From an uncultured Chloroflexia bacterium (GTDB lineage: Bacteria > Chloroflexota > Limnocylindria > Limnocylindrales > CSP1-4), in NCBI GenBank assembly GCA_963748235.1, contig CAVVHT010000009.1, positions 1,336,225 to 1,400,224 of the forward strand: a DNA stretch of 64,000 bases, read 5' to 3'. Every line of letters starts with the position of its first letter. Position 1 is the stretch's first letter. Below the pieces are notes generated by a model, which was not told the DNA's origin, searched no databases, and saw only the letters and a list, made by a program, of their open reading frames with translations. Positions 31,098 through 42,482 of the stretch are shown here, in pieces. Both the position numbers and the translations under genes were made by a program.

Positions 31098-32903
31098 TCA
31101 GTCGAGCGTCATTGCCGGCTCGAGCGCCGCGGTCACGCGAGCGGCAGGCTCGAGAACTTCAACCACGCCCGCGCTGCCGTCGACTCGGATCCGGTCGCCA
31201 CTCTTGAGCGTCTGGGTCGCAACCGAGCTGCCGATCACGGCCGGGATGCCGAACTCGCGTGATAGCACCGCCGGATGCGACGAGACGCCACCCGCGTCGG
31301 TGACGAGGCCGGCGATCTTGGTGAACAGCACGACCCATGCCGGATTGGTCATCTGGCAGACGAGGATGTCGCCCGCCTGGACCCGATCGAACTCGTCTTC
31401 TGTCAGCACCACGCGGGCAATGCCTTCGACCACGCCCGGTGAACCGGCGATCCCCTCGACACGTCCCGGCGTGGCCGCCGCGCCGGAAGCGGCCGCCGCC
31501 TGGGAGCGGTGAAACTTATCCGGAAATCCCCAGTTGATCAGGTACGGGAAGGCCAGCTGCGTGGGCGTGACCGTTCCGATCCAGTCCGGCGGCCGCAGCT
31601 GCTGCTGACGCTTGCGCTCAGCTCGGCGCGCGGCGACCAGCGCGCGACCCTCGAGCGGTTCTGGCTCGGCCATGAACACACGCAGCTCGTTGTAGCGCAT
31701 GAAGATCACGTCATCGGCCGCGTCGAGAACACCCGCCTCGACCAGCTTCCTGCCGATCGCGATGAGCACCAGGCGCATGTGCGCATTGGCGCCCTGATCG
31801 ATGTAGTAGTGGTGGTCGGGGGTGAGCGGCGCCATGCTCAGGTTCGCCGCGAGAGCGCGGCGCATGTCGTCCAGCTGCTCGCGTTCGAGTCCGGCCACGA
31901 TCTCGTCGGCGGCAGCGGCTATGTCCGCCTCGACCGCGGCGATGGTCTTCGGGTAGTCGTAGTCGGTCTCGACGTAGCCACGCACGAGCTCGATGACCGG
32001 CCCCATCTGTTCGCGCACCGATGGGTAGACGAACTCGTGGCTCCAGACGGCGTGCCAGCCGAACTCGCGCTGGTACGGCTCGACCCGATCGGCGATGAAG
32101 ATCCGCCCTCGCTCGGATGACTCGAGGGCCTCGATCACGGCGGCCACGGCGCCGACGCCGAACGCGGCGCTCAGCTCAGCGTCTGCCTTGACCTCCTCCT
32201 TCATGCGCCACAGCGCCTCTATCGAGTCCCAGTTGCGATCCTTGGCCGAGTTCTGCAGCCTTCCGAGGAGCTCCTCGTCGATCCGGCCATGGACGCGCTC
32301 CATCACTGCTCTCAGGTCGAGCGTCGCCGACAGCTGGGCAAAGTTGAGCATCCAGTGGATCTTCCAGTGCCGATCGTGGATGTCGATCGCGTCTTCCCAA
32401 AGGCAGGCGAGCTCCATGAGGCTCATTTCGTCCTGGCGGTCGAGCATCTCTTCGAGATATGTGAAGTTGCGCTGCATCTCGGGCACGAGCCGGTCGCGCC
32501 ACCAGTCGGCGAACTTGAGGCCGTAAACGGGCAAGACCGCGTCGAGGTACTTGCCGATGCGATCCGGGTAGGCCGGGTCGAGCGGCGTGCGCGCGGCGTA
32601 TCGCGCGCCGTACTCCATCGAATTGACGTCGAGGCCCGCCTCGGCTGGGACAGCGGCGGTAAACAGGTAGCCGTTGACGACCTTGATCACCCAATCGCTG
32701 GCGAACGGCGTGCCGAAGCGCCGGAACATGTGATCGCACGACAGCCACCAGCCGCCGATCTCTTCGAACATCGGGCTCAGCGGATGAGGGCAGTGGAGAT
32801 CGTCGAAGACCCAGAAGAGCTTCTTCTCGGTGTCGTTCTTCCAGTCGACCGGGAAGTTCTCGTCGCCCAGAAACTGGCCGAGGGCGGGCTCGTCGAGGGG
32901 CAA
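31098..32903 (-). CDS. PEP-utilising His-domain phosphotransferase, phenylphosphate synthase alpha (PpsA)-like
   Basis: FWVFDDLHCPHPLSP and KVVNGYLF N-terminal motifs; C-terminal GIAGSPG..TNPAW..GGVSSHPAVLSREFGIPAV..VDGSAG; no ATP-grasp domain. Confidence 0.8.
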   Translation of the reverse strand: MPLDEPALGQFLGDENFPVDWKNDTEKKLFWVFDDLHCPHPLSPMFEEIGGWWLSCDHMFRRFGTPFASDWVIKVVNGYLFTAAVPAEAGLDVNSMEYGARYAARTPLDPAYPDRIGKYLDAVLPVYGLKFADWWRDRLVPEMQRNFTYLEEMLDRQDEMSLMELACLWEDAIDIHDRHWKIHWMLNFAQLSATLDLRAVMERVHGRIDEELLGRLQNSAKDRNWDSIEALWRMKEEVKADAELSAAFGVGAVAAVIEALESSERGRIFIADRVEPYQREFGWHAVWSHEFVYPSVREQMGPVIELVRGYVETDYDYPKTIAAVEADIAAAADEIVAGLEREQLDDMRRALAANLSMAPLTPDHHYYIDQGANAHMRLVLIAIGRKLVEAGVLDAADDVIFMRYNELRVFMAEPEPLEGRALVAARRAERKRQQQLRPPDWIGTVTPTQLAFPYLINWGFPDKFHRSQAAAASGAAATPGRVEGIAGSPGVVEGIARVVLTEDEFDRVQAGDILVCQMTNPAWVVLFTKIAGLVTDAGGVSSHPAVLSREFGIPAVIGSSVATQTLKSGDRIRVDGSAGVVEVLEPAARVTAALEPAMTLD

Positions 32904-32954
32904 GGGGATCCTCCGTGGGTTGGTAGAACGCCTTGGGCCGATAATCAGTCGGGT

Positions 32955-34055
<1,101 letters not shown>

Positions 34056-34074
34056 CGCCCTCCGTTTCGAGCCG

Positions 34075-34204
34075 ATGTCTCGATCCGACTATTTATGTCC
34101 CGAACCGACTGAAACTGTCCGTCGACAACAAGTCAGCCGACGCATATTTGTCGGTTCAGCACAAAGTTAGTCGTGTCGGCACATATTCAGTCGGTTCGGT
34201 GCAT
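34075..34204. repeat. Four ~20-nt repeats, two direct then two inverted, at convergent tal/hemW ends
   Basis: ATGTCTCGATCCGACTATTT, ATGTCCCGAACCGACTGAAA (+); TTGTGCTGAACCGACAAATA, ATGCACCGAACCGACTGAAT (-); perfect 14-bp IR 34100-34113/34186-34199. Confidence 0.65.
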
Positions 34205-35472
34205 GGCCACTCGGAAGAGACGCAGACGAGGTGCTTCTGCGGCTGGGCAGCGCGGGCGGCCCCGGAAGCGGGCAGCAGTCGCTGGAAGACTTCATTTGAC
34301 ATGAGCCTTCCCGACCGCGTGAGACGAACTCGTCCTTCGTCAATGAGCTCCGCCAGTCCATTGGCCAGAGCCCAGCGCAGCCCATCGTTGTCGTCGGACC
34401 AGGCGATCCCGAACCGCGTGCGCAAGCCAAGGATGGCCGCCTCTGCGGCAGTTGTGGCTTCGTCGGTCGTCTCGGAGCCATCGGGTGGCAGGCGAGCGGT
34501 CGAGCCGTCGGTGGGTGTCAGGGCGCCGACGTAGGCGTCGAGTCGGGCTGAATTCCAGCGTCGGGTTCTCGAGCCGTCAAAGGCGTGCGCTCCCGGGCCG
34601 ACCGCTTCCCATGGGCTGCCCTGCCAATAGACAAGGTTGTGCCGGCTCTCGCGGCCGGGGCGGGACCAGTTGGAGATCTCGTACCAGTCGAGCCCAGCTG
34701 CAGCTAGCGTCTGGTCCGCCGCCTCGTACATGTGCGCGGCGAGCTCGGCGTCCTGAGCCTCACGAGCGCGGTCGCGCCAGCGGCGCGCTCCGGGCCGGAG
34801 CGGCAAATGGTCGCCGGTCGGCCCGGTCAGGCCCTCCAAGTCGGGATCGTCGAGCGACAGGGCGTAGGCGGAGATGTGGTCGGGTGCGAGCGCGATGGCC
34901 GCGTCGAGGCTCTCCTGCCACGACTCGCTCGTCTGTCCTGGCACGTCGTAGAGCAGATCGATGCTCACGTTGTCGATCCCCGCGCTTCGCGCCTCGGCAA
35001 CCGTGGCTTGGATGTCCGCCGGAGAGTGGCGCCGCCCGAGTCGCGCCAGCTCCGTGGGATCGAAGGATTGCGCGCCGATGCTGAGTCGATTAATGCCCGC
35101 GGCGCGGAAGCCGGCCATGTCGCCACGTTCCGACGAGCCGGGGTTCGCTTCGAGCGTGATCTCGGCACCGGCGGCGATCCCGAACGCCCGATCGGCAGCG
35201 GATAGGAGCGCGGCCAGCTGCCGAGTGCTCATCAGCGAGGGCGTGCCGCCGCCGAGGTAGACGCTACTGATGGGTGCCGGCGCGGCCCGCAGCTCGATCT
35301 CGGCTATCAGCGCGTCCACCAGCGAGTCGATGCGACTCCCTGGACCGCGCGCTGCCCGTCCGGCGTAGACCACGAAGTCGCAGTAGGGACAGATGCTGAG
35401 ACAGAACGGGAAGTGGACGTACAGCGAGACCGGCGGCTGCGGCGCTGCCGGGGGTTGCGGCGCGACGGTCAC
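34156..35472 (-). CDS. hemW: Radical SAM heme chaperone HemW (HemN-like)
   Basis: YVHFPFCLSICPYCDF, GGGTPS, YEISNW, HNLVYW; position between lepA and hrcA. The last ~25 aa may be read-through into the repeat. Confidence 0.9.
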   Translation of the reverse strand: MTVAPQPPAAPQPPVSLYVHFPFCLSICPYCDFVVYAGRAARGPGSRIDSLVDALIAEIELRAAPAPISSVYLGGGTPSLMSTRQLAALLSAADRAFGIAAGAEITLEANPGSSERGDMAGFRAAGINRLSIGAQSFDPTELARLGRRHSPADIQATVAEARSAGIDNVSIDLLYDVPGQTSESWQESLDAAIALAPDHISAYALSLDDPDLEGLTGPTGDHLPLRPGARRWRDRAREAQDAELAAHMYEAADQTLAAAGLDWYEISNWSRPGRESRHNLVYWQGSPWEAVGPGAHAFDGSRTRRWNSARLDAYVGALTPTDGSTARLPPDGSETTDEATTAAEAAILGLRTRFGIAWSDDNDGLRWALANGLAELIDEGRVRLTRSGRLMSNEVFQRLLPASGAARAAQPQKHLVCVSSEWPCTEPTEYVPTRLTLC

Positions 35473-36248
35473 GCCGGACCCGGATCCTGGGCCGTGCCGG
35501 GGTCCTGGTCGCTGACGACTTCCCAGCCAACCGGCTTGAGCGTCTGACCCTCGACCACTTCCTCTTCCGCAGCGACCGACGGAGTCACCTGCCCGGCGTG
35601 GCCGGTGACGACGAAGATCGCGAAGCGCGACAGGGCATGGCCGAGGAACGCGCCGCCGATCCCGCCGGTCAGGAGGGTCAGCCAGCCGCCCGCGAGTCCC
35701 ATGAGCAACGACATTACGAGCAGCAACCGCGGGCGGCCCGGTCCACCCAGCCGCGTGGCAAGCGCGTAGAGCACCGCCTGGAAGGCGATCGCCAGCTCGA
35801 CCGGCCAGCTGTAGAAGATCAGGAAACCGAGCAGGATCCCGCGGAAGGTCGCCTCGTCAATGAAGGCCGTGCCGATGCTGTTGATCAGCGCCGCCGGATA
35901 ACGGCGCAGAGGCGGGAACTTCAGCCCTCCGAAGCGCCACCAGGCGTAGATGACGGCCAACACGGCACCGACCAGGGCGATACCCAAACCCACCGCGAGG
36001 GCAACCGCTCGTGGCTCGCCCATCTGCAGATGCAGGATCGTCATCGGCTGCGGATACAGGAAGTACACGACGAGGATCAACAGGACGCCGAGGCAGTACC
36101 AGGTCAGCTTGCGTGCCCACGTCCGCCAGCCGCCGGGCGCCTCATCGTCGTCGAAGTCGGCGGCTCCAAATCGGCGCGCATCGAAGCGCAGCAGGATGAG
36201 CAACGCCGCCATCGCCAGCAAGATCAGGAACTGGATCGGGTCGTCCAT
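35469..36248 (-). CDS. CPBP (CAAX/Abi) intramembrane metalloprotease-like protein
   Basis: Multi-TM, AFIDEATFRGILLG, GGAFLGH. Confidence 0.75.
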   Translation of the reverse strand: MDDPIQFLILLAMAALLILLRFDARRFGAADFDDDEAPGGWRTWARKLTWYCLGVLLILVVYFLYPQPMTILHLQMGEPRAVALAVGLGIALVGAVLAVIYAWWRFGGLKFPPLRRYPAALINSIGTAFIDEATFRGILLGFLIFYSWPVELAIAFQAVLYALATRLGGPGRPRLLLVMSLLMGLAGGWLTLLTGGIGGAFLGHALSRFAIFVVTGHAGQVTPSVAAEEEVVEGQTLKPVGWEVVSDQDPGTAQDPGPA

Positions 36249-36274
36249 CGCGGCCTAGCGCTGCACCGACTGGC

Positions 36275-38104
36275 TCAGGCCGACTCTGACGAGCGCAGCA
36301 CGGCGAGAAACGCCTCCTGCGGGATCTCGACGCTGCCGACGCGCTTCATGCGTGCCTTGCCCGCCTTCTGTTTTTCGAGCAGCTTGCGCTTGCGGGTGAT
36401 GTCGCCGCCGTAGCACTTGGCCAGCACGTTCTTGCGCATTGCCCGAATTGTCTCGCGCGCGATGACGTTCGAACCGATCGCGGCCTGCACCGGCACTTCG
36501 AACATCTGGCGCGGGATCAGCTCGCGCAGCGCTCCCACGAGCGAGCGGCCGGTCGAGTGCGCGCGCGAGCGGTGTGTGATGAGCGACAGCGCGTCGACCG
36601 GCTCGCCAGCGACGAGCACGTCAAGGCGGACGAGGTCTGCCTCGCGATAGCCGATCTCTTCGTAGTCGAGCGACGCGTAGCCTTGGCTACGGCTCTTGAG
36701 CTGGTCGTAGAAGTCGACGATCACCTCGGCCAGGGGCAGCTCGAAGGTGAGCAGCACCCGCTCGGCATCGAGGTACTCCATCGTCTCGAACGTTCCGCGC
36801 CGGCCGGTGGAGAGCTCCATCAACGTTCCGATGTACTGGCTCGGCGTCACGACGCTGACCTTGACCCACGGCTCGGCGATCGACTCGATCTCGCCCAGTG
36901 GCGGCAGATGCGCCGGGTTGTCGACCACCACCTCGCCGCGGCCGGCGGTAAGCGTCACGCGGTACTCGACCGACGGCGCTGATGCAATCAGGTCGAGGTC
37001 GAACTCACGCTCCAGGCGCTCCTGGACGATCTCCATGTGGAGCAGTCCCAGAAAGCCACAACGGAAGCCAGTGCCGAGCGCGACCGACGTCTCTGGCTCG
37101 AAGCTGATCGAGGCGTCGTTGAGGTGGAGCTTGTCTAGCGCGTCGCGCAGATCGGGCAGGTCCTCGCCGGCTACCGGGTAGAGGCCGGCGAACACGAGCG
37201 CCTTTGCCTGCTTGTAGCCGGGCAGCGGAGCGGAGGCGGGTCGCGTGGCTAACGTCATCGTGTCGCCCACCTGGGCGTCGACGACGCTCTTGAGACCGGT
37301 GGCGACGTAGCCCACCTCACCCGGGCCGAGCTGCGTCATCGGCACCAGCTGCGGACGGAAGACGCCCAGCTCGAGGATCTCGCCCTCCGCGCCGCTGGCC
37401 ATCAGGCGAACCGAATCCCGATCCTTCAGACGCCCCTCGAACAGTCGGACGTACGCGACCACGCCCTTGTACGGGTCGTAGTGAGAGTCGAAGATCAGGC
37501 CCTGGAGAGGGTTGTCCGGGCTGCCCTTTGGTGGCGGAACGCGGGCGACAATCGCCTCGAGGACCTCGGGAATACCCGTTCCGTCTTTGGCCGACACGAG
37601 CAGAACCTCCTCGCGCGGCATGGCCAGCACTGACTCGAGCTCCTCGATCACGACGTCAGGCTGGGCAGAGGGGAGGTCGATCTTGTTGATGACCGGGATG
37701 ATCACCAGGCCCTGCGCCAGCGCGAGGTGGACATTGGCCAGCGTCTGGGCCTCGATGCCCTGGGCAGCGTCGACGACAAGGATCGCGCCCTCGCACGCCT
37801 GCAGACTGCGGCTCACCTCGTACGAGAAGTCGACGTGACCGGGCGTGTCGATCAGGTTGAGGCCGTAGCGATGGCCGTCCTGGGCGTCGTATTCGAGGCG
37901 CACCGCGCGCGCCTTGATCGTGATGCCCTTCTCACGCTCGAGGTCCATCGAGTCGAGCACCTGGCTGGTCATCTGGCGCGCGTCGATGGTGTGCGTCGCC
38001 TCGAGCAGCCGGTCGGCCAGCGTCGATTTGCCGTGGTCGACATGGGCGATGATCGAGAAGTTGCGCAGCCGATCCTGGCGCACGCGTATGGAAGCCTCGG
38101 ACAT
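36275..38104 (-). CDS. lepA: Translation elongation factor 4
   Basis: [47 protein letters not shown]. Confidence 0.98.
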   Translation of the reverse strand: MSEASIRVRQDRLRNFSIIAHVDHGKSTLADRLLEATHTIDARQMTSQVLDSMDLEREKGITIKARAVRLEYDAQDGHRYGLNLIDTPGHVDFSYEVSRSLQACEGAILVVDAAQGIEAQTLANVHLALAQGLVIIPVINKIDLPSAQPDVVIEELESVLAMPREEVLLVSAKDGTGIPEVLEAIVARVPPPKGSPDNPLQGLIFDSHYDPYKGVVAYVRLFEGRLKDRDSVRLMASGAEGEILELGVFRPQLVPMTQLGPGEVGYVATGLKSVVDAQVGDTMTLATRPASAPLPGYKQAKALVFAGLYPVAGEDLPDLRDALDKLHLNDASISFEPETSVALGTGFRCGFLGLLHMEIVQERLEREFDLDLIASAPSVEYRVTLTAGRGEVVVDNPAHLPPLGEIESIAEPWVKVSVVTPSQYIGTLMELSTGRRGTFETMEYLDAERVLLTFELPLAEVIVDFYDQLKSRSQGYASLDYEEIGYREADLVRLDVLVAGEPVDALSLITHRSRAHSTGRSLVGALRELIPRQMFEVPVQAAIGSNVIARETIRAMRKNVLAKCYGGDITRKRKLLEKQKAGKARMKRVGSVEIPQEAFLAVLRSSESA

Positions 38105-38218
38105 TCGTTCCGAGGATAGGGCGAATGCCGGACCGGCGAGACGGCACTACGGGCCACGGTCGCAGCATCCCCCCAGTTGGGCGATGACTGAGACGTTCGA
38201 CGATCCCAAATTTGGCCG

Positions 38219-38710
38219 ATGAGCCAGCCGGACGATCCAACGCCATCCGACACCCTGCCCACACCTAGCGCACGCGGAGCCCGCGGCCGCGCCCTGAACA
38301 GGTTCGTCAGCAACCCATCGTCGAGCCGCAACGCGATCGTGTTGATCGTGATCGCCCAGCTGACCGCGGTGGTGATTGGCGGCCTGATCGTATTTTTGCT
38401 CGACCGAGCCGAATTCGAGAGCCTTACCGAGGCCTTCTGGTACATCCTCCAGACGGTCACGACGGTTGGCTACGGCGACGTCACACCGGTCGAACCGATC
38501 GGCAGGCTTGTCGGCGCGCTGGTGATGCTGCTCGGTATCGCTTCGCTCAGCATCCTGACTGCGTCGATCACGTCGTCATTCATCGAGGCGCGACAGAAGG
38601 CTCGTCGGCTGGACATTGATGCCGCCGAGGACGCGCGCTGGAGGCACCTCGACGAGCGGCTCGACGAAGTGCTCGCCCGACTGGACGCACTCGAACGCCG
38701 AGGAGGCTGA
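38219..38710 (+). CDS. Two-TM potassium channel family protein
   Basis: TVTTVGYGD selectivity filter between two TM helices. Confidence 0.9.
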   Translation: MSQPDDPTPSDTLPTPSARGARGRALNRFVSNPSSSRNAIVLIVIAQLTAVVIGGLIVFLLDRAEFESLTEAFWYILQTVTTVGYGDVTPVEPIGRLVGALVMLLGIASLSILTASITSSFIEARQKARRLDIDAAEDARWRHLDERLDEVLARLDALERRGG

Positions 38711-38847
38711 CCACAGCGGCGGCACGCCCTTGACGCCTGTAATCGTGGGGCCAGATTCACTCATATTGGGTGATTGTCGGCACGTCCAAGGTGCCTAACC
38801 TTGGGGGCGTCAATCAAAGGAAAGCGCAGGTAATGGAGGCTCAACGT

Positions 38848-39369
38848 ATGCATCGACCCATTGGGGTCACCCTGCTCGCCCTCGGGGCGGGTCTGGCGGG
38901 ACTCTTCCAGGTCTGGCGAATCCTGGTGTTCCTGGGTATCGCCAAGTTCACATTCATCGGCAACGAAGTGTCCTTCTCGCAGCCGCAATGGGGCCAGGCG
39001 TTTTGGGCATTCATCATGGCTGCGATCTGGTTCTACGTCGCCAGCGGCTTCTGGGGCATGCGCGGGTATGCCTGGTCGTTCGGCATTTTTATCGCCCTGT
39101 TCACGATGATCTTCGGCTTTTTCGCGATCCTTGGTGGAAGCGCGACGACCGAATCGGAGCTCGTCGGCTGGGCGCTGTCGATTGCCATCTTCTTCTACCT
39201 GAATTACCCCGGCGTCCGGGACCAGTTCGTGAACGCGGAGATGTCGCGCCTGACACCGGAGCAGCGTGAAGCAGTTGAGGCAGCTGCCAAGGCCAATGAG
39301 GCCGCGGCGCGCGCGATGGCCGCGCCGGCGGCTGCCCCGCCAACCGATCCGACCAAGCCGGCCGGATAG
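38848..39369 (+). CDS. Four-TM membrane hypothetical protein
   Basis: GGAGG RBS; RPIGVTLLA..YLNYPGVRDQF. Confidence 0.75.
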   Translation: MHRPIGVTLLALGAGLAGLFQVWRILVFLGIAKFTFIGNEVSFSQPQWGQAFWAFIMAAIWFYVASGFWGMRGYAWSFGIFIALFTMIFGFFAILGGSATTESELVGWALSIAIFFYLNYPGVRDQFVNAEMSRLTPEQREAVEAAAKANEAAARAMAAPAAAPPTDPTKPAG

Positions 39370-39380
39370 GCGGTCTTACA

Positions 39381-39408
39381 GCCCCGGCCGGCTGACGTCG
39401 GCCGGGGC
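39381..39408 (+). terminator. GC-rich intergenic hairpin
   Basis: GCCCCGGCCGGC-TGAC-GTCGGCCGGGGC; no U-tract, so may be a stability element. Confidence 0.45.
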
Positions 39409-39437
39409 AGCACCGAAGATTCTGGGAGTTAACCGCC

Positions 39438-40052
39438 GTGACAGATGAGAAGAATCCGAACGAGGAGCCCGTATTCGTCGCCGCCGCCGCGGTGGGTGAC
39501 GAATATGGCGAGCTGGCTGAGGCCGGCATCGCAGTCCAAGGCAACCAGGCACTGCTTGTGGCCCGCTTCGCAGATCCGAACGCCGCGGGGGCGGCATACG
39601 AGGCCCTCCGCGAAGCCGAGGCGGACCGAGCGATCAACATCCAGGGCGTCCTGGTTGTCGACGCCGACGATGAGGGCAAGATCAAGGTCCGCAAGATGAC
39701 CGACCACCACACCCGCAACGGGTTGAAGTGGGGCGCAGTCGCCGGCGCCGCCTTGGCGATCATCTTCCCGCCGTCAATCCTCGCCGGCGCCGCCCTCGGC
39801 GGAGTTGTCGGGGCAGCAGCGGGCAAGATCGGCAACATCAAGGCAAAGTCGGACGTGGCCAAGGAGCTGGCCGAGGTGGTCACGCCCGGCACGTCGGGCA
39901 TCCTGGCCGTGCTTGATCTCAATGCGGTCGAAGAGGTCAAACAGTCCCTGCCGGAGGCCGAGGAAGTCAAGGCCGTGCCGGTCGACGACGAGACCGCGGC
40001 AGCCGTCAACGAGGCGGCCAAGGCGGCCGGTTCAGAGGCTTCGGCGAGCTAA
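39438..40052 (+). CDS. DUF1269-like membrane protein
   Basis: GAVAGAALAIIFPPSILAGAALGG..PGTSGIL glycine-zipper pattern. Confidence 0.75.
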   Translation: MTDEKNPNEEPVFVAAAAVGDEYGELAEAGIAVQGNQALLVARFADPNAAGAAYEALREAEADRAINIQGVLVVDADDEGKIKVRKMTDHHTRNGLKWGAVAGAALAIIFPPSILAGAALGGVVGAAAGKIGNIKAKSDVAKELAEVVTPGTSGILAVLDLNAVEEVKQSLPEAEEVKAVPVDDETAAAVNEAAKAAGSEASAS

Positions 40053-40077
40053 GTCCGGACCAGTTACGTAACTATCG

Positions 40078-40107
40078 AAGCGGCGCCATTCTTGGCGCCG
40101 CTTTCTT
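40078..40107 (+). terminator. Intrinsic terminator
   Basis: AAGCGGCGCCA-TTCT-TGGCGCCGCTTTCTT. Confidence 0.75.
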
Positions 40108-40121
40108 CCGTCCAGTGCGCC

Positions 40122-42353
40122 TCAGTTCGGTGGCTGCGACTCCGCCACGGGCGAGCCTGAGTCGGCCGCCGCTTCCCTCGGTGGTGCCGGCGCGCTGCCG
40201 TCAGGCCCGAACGTGAAGTCGAGGTGGGTCTCCATCCAGCGACGGAGCTGTTGGTAGACCATCGGTGCACCGACGAGCGGCGCCATGTCGAGCTTCCAAT
40301 CCGCCGGATAGAGGAGGAACGGTCGCGTCTGGGCACCGCCCAAGCCGCCATGGGCCCCGATCAGCTCCTCGAAAGCGGAGATCTCCTCTGTCTCCGGATT
40401 GTAGTGACTCACAACTGCCAGGTCGCCGACGTGCGCGATCTCATCGAGCCGCTTGAACGAGGCCACGGCAAGCTCCCCATAGACCGCGAGCGGATCCTTG
40501 CCCTCGATCCGATCCTCGTCGATGTAGTGAATGCCATTCCGTCCAACGCACAGCAGGCCGTGCTCGGCTGACCGAGCCATGAGCACGCCGATTCCGGGAT
40601 GGTTGGCAAGGGCTTCGACCAGGTCGGGATAGATCTGCGCGATGTCTTCGAGCGTCATCCGCTCGTCGCTGGCGTTGAAGTAGATCAATGCCAGGTTGCC
40701 ACCGGCGACCACTATCAGGTCGGCCGGTGCATCCTTCTCGACCTCTTCGGTCGATTCAGGGTCGGTTGCATCTGCCGCGCCCCGGGCTGTCACCTGGGTG
40801 TCTTCCGGGCCCATGCTGACCGTGCCGCCTTCGGTGTTTCCCCGTGTGACGGCCCTGGCGAGCGTTCCGGTAACTCCCTTTGTCTGCGACACCTCGCCGA
40901 GGAACTGGTTCAACTGACCCCAATCCTCGATCTGCTCGGTTGCCGCCGCGACCGAAGCCTTGCCACCCATCAGCGAGCGAACCACGTCCTGAAGAGTCAC
41001 GCCGTAGCGCTGCAGGAAGGTCGCGCCGAGGCTCTGGCCGTGGTCGGCCAGGATGACGAACTTGTAGGGCCGAGCTGCTTCTTGAGAGGCCTTCAACAGG
41101 GTCCGCAACTCGCGATCCACGCCGTCCAGGGCGTCGAGCGATTCCGGTCGCTCCGGACCGCTGTGGTGGGCGATCTCGTCATAGTCGGTGTAGTCCATGT
41201 AGATGACCGGCGTGCCGCGCACCATCTCCTGGACGACCAGCGACGTGCCCAGAGCGCGAAGTGCCACATTGGTTGCGCCTCGCACCCATGGATACGGAAA
41301 GCTGCGGTGGTGGCCCATGTGCGGCTCGACGCCGGCACGTATCTGGCGCCGGTTCTGGATCTGCTCCTTGATCACCTCGGCCAGGAACTTGGCGAGCATC
41401 GTCAGGTAGTTGTACGGGCTGACGAAGAACCAGGCGAAGGCCTCGCTCTGACCCAGGCCGCGCTCCTTGACCTTGATCGTCGACATCACCAGGAAGGCAC
41501 GATCGCCATCGCCGGTGAAGATGTTGCTGATGCTCGCGCCGCCCGGGCTGAGCAGCCCCTCGCCGTTGGAGACGCGGCGTTCGATCTCGGTCGCATCCTC
41601 GGGGTGGTTGGCGACCAGCAGCTGACGCTCCTTCTTCTCCCACCAGCGGAAGTTCGGGATGCCGTCGTTGTTGCCGTGCAGGATGCCCGCCTGGCTGGCC
41701 GGCGTGGTGGACGGCAGCAGCGCGTTCCAATGGCCGAGCTTGTGCGTTCCTGTGCGAATCCAGCGCGCCATCTCCGGCACGCGACCTGCGCGCAGCGAAT
41801 GCGACAGCACGTCATGCGAAAGCCCGTCGAGCTGGATCACCACGAGACCGGGCGCGTCTGTCCGGATGACGTCCTTCCGGCGGCCGGCAAGGGTTCGTAC
41901 AAGCGCGCCGTAGTAGGAGTCGTCCTCATTGAGACCAAAGGCCAGGCTGATGCCGCCCTGGATGAAGCCGAACACGAACGAGATCAGCAACGCGACGAGG
42001 AATCCGCCGTTGACGTTCACCGATGGAACGAACGGATCGAGCAACCAGATGGTCAAAGCCTGTACGAGCAGGGTCAGGATGACTAACGCGACCACCGAGC
42101 GACTCGCCACGAGACCAAGCAGCAGCGGGCGAACGAGCAGGTTGAGTGCGGAGATGAACAGGACGGCGATGAGGCCGCCGCCGAGCTCCACGATCTGGAG
42201 TTGGCCGGGAAGCAGCCAGGCCGTGATGTTGAATGCAATGACCGCCGCTACCAACGAGATGAGCGCGCGCTTTATCAGGGCCCGGCGACCCAGGCGCCAC
42301 TTCCAGAGCAGTCCGAATTGGACGCGGTAGAAGTCAACCAGTCGATTGATCAT
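40122..42353 (-). CDS. Holin-4-like membrane domain fused to alkaline phosphatase/phosphodiesterase domain
   Basis: N-terminal TMs with ALNLLVRPLL; IQLDGL, PSTTPASQ, DYDEIAHHSG, LADHGQ, AHGGLGG. Confidence 0.8.
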   Translation of the reverse strand: MINRLVDFYRVQFGLLWKWRLGRRALIKRALISLVAAVIAFNITAWLLPGQLQIVELGGGLIAVLFISALNLLVRPLLLGLVASRSVVALVILTLLVQALTIWLLDPFVPSVNVNGGFLVALLISFVFGFIQGGISLAFGLNEDDSYYGALVRTLAGRRKDVIRTDAPGLVVIQLDGLSHDVLSHSLRAGRVPEMARWIRTGTHKLGHWNALLPSTTPASQAGILHGNNDGIPNFRWWEKKERQLLVANHPEDATEIERRVSNGEGLLSPGGASISNIFTGDGDRAFLVMSTIKVKERGLGQSEAFAWFFVSPYNYLTMLAKFLAEVIKEQIQNRRQIRAGVEPHMGHHRSFPYPWVRGATNVALRALGTSLVVQEMVRGTPVIYMDYTDYDEIAHHSGPERPESLDALDGVDRELRTLLKASQEAARPYKFVILADHGQSLGATFLQRYGVTLQDVVRSLMGGKASVAAATEQIEDWGQLNQFLGEVSQTKGVTGTLARAVTRGNTEGGTVSMGPEDTQVTARGAADATDPESTEEVEKDAPADLIVVAGGNLALIYFNASDERMTLEDIAQIYPDLVEALANHPGIGVLMARSAEHGLLCVGRNGIHYIDEDRIEGKDPLAVYGELAVASFKRLDEIAHVGDLAVVSHYNPETEEISAFEELIGAHGGLGGAQTRPFLLYPADWKLDMAPLVGAPMVYQQLRRWMETHLDFTFGPDGSAPAPPREAAADSGSPVAESQPPN

Positions 42354-42482
42354 GTGACGACCGTTATCGGTGCTCGCATGCTGGCTCCCTCTGACACTGT
42401 CCCTTGGGCACACAGTATTTAGGCGGCGCCAGCCGGCAATCACCCGATGTGAGTGAATTTGACCGGGCGGTAGCGTCTTGTC

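Noticed and set aside
31098-32903. Rifampin phosphotransferase or PEP synthase
   Set aside because: No N-terminal ATP-grasp domain and no C-terminal pyruvate-binding barrel
32289-32954. N-terminal extension of the 588-aa transaldolase ORF
   Set aside because: Antisense shadow of the PpsA-like gene; a GATAAT -10 precedes the ATG at 32955
40122-42353. Prophage lysis module
   Set aside because: Holin-like domain is fused to a phosphodiesterase and no phage genes are nearby
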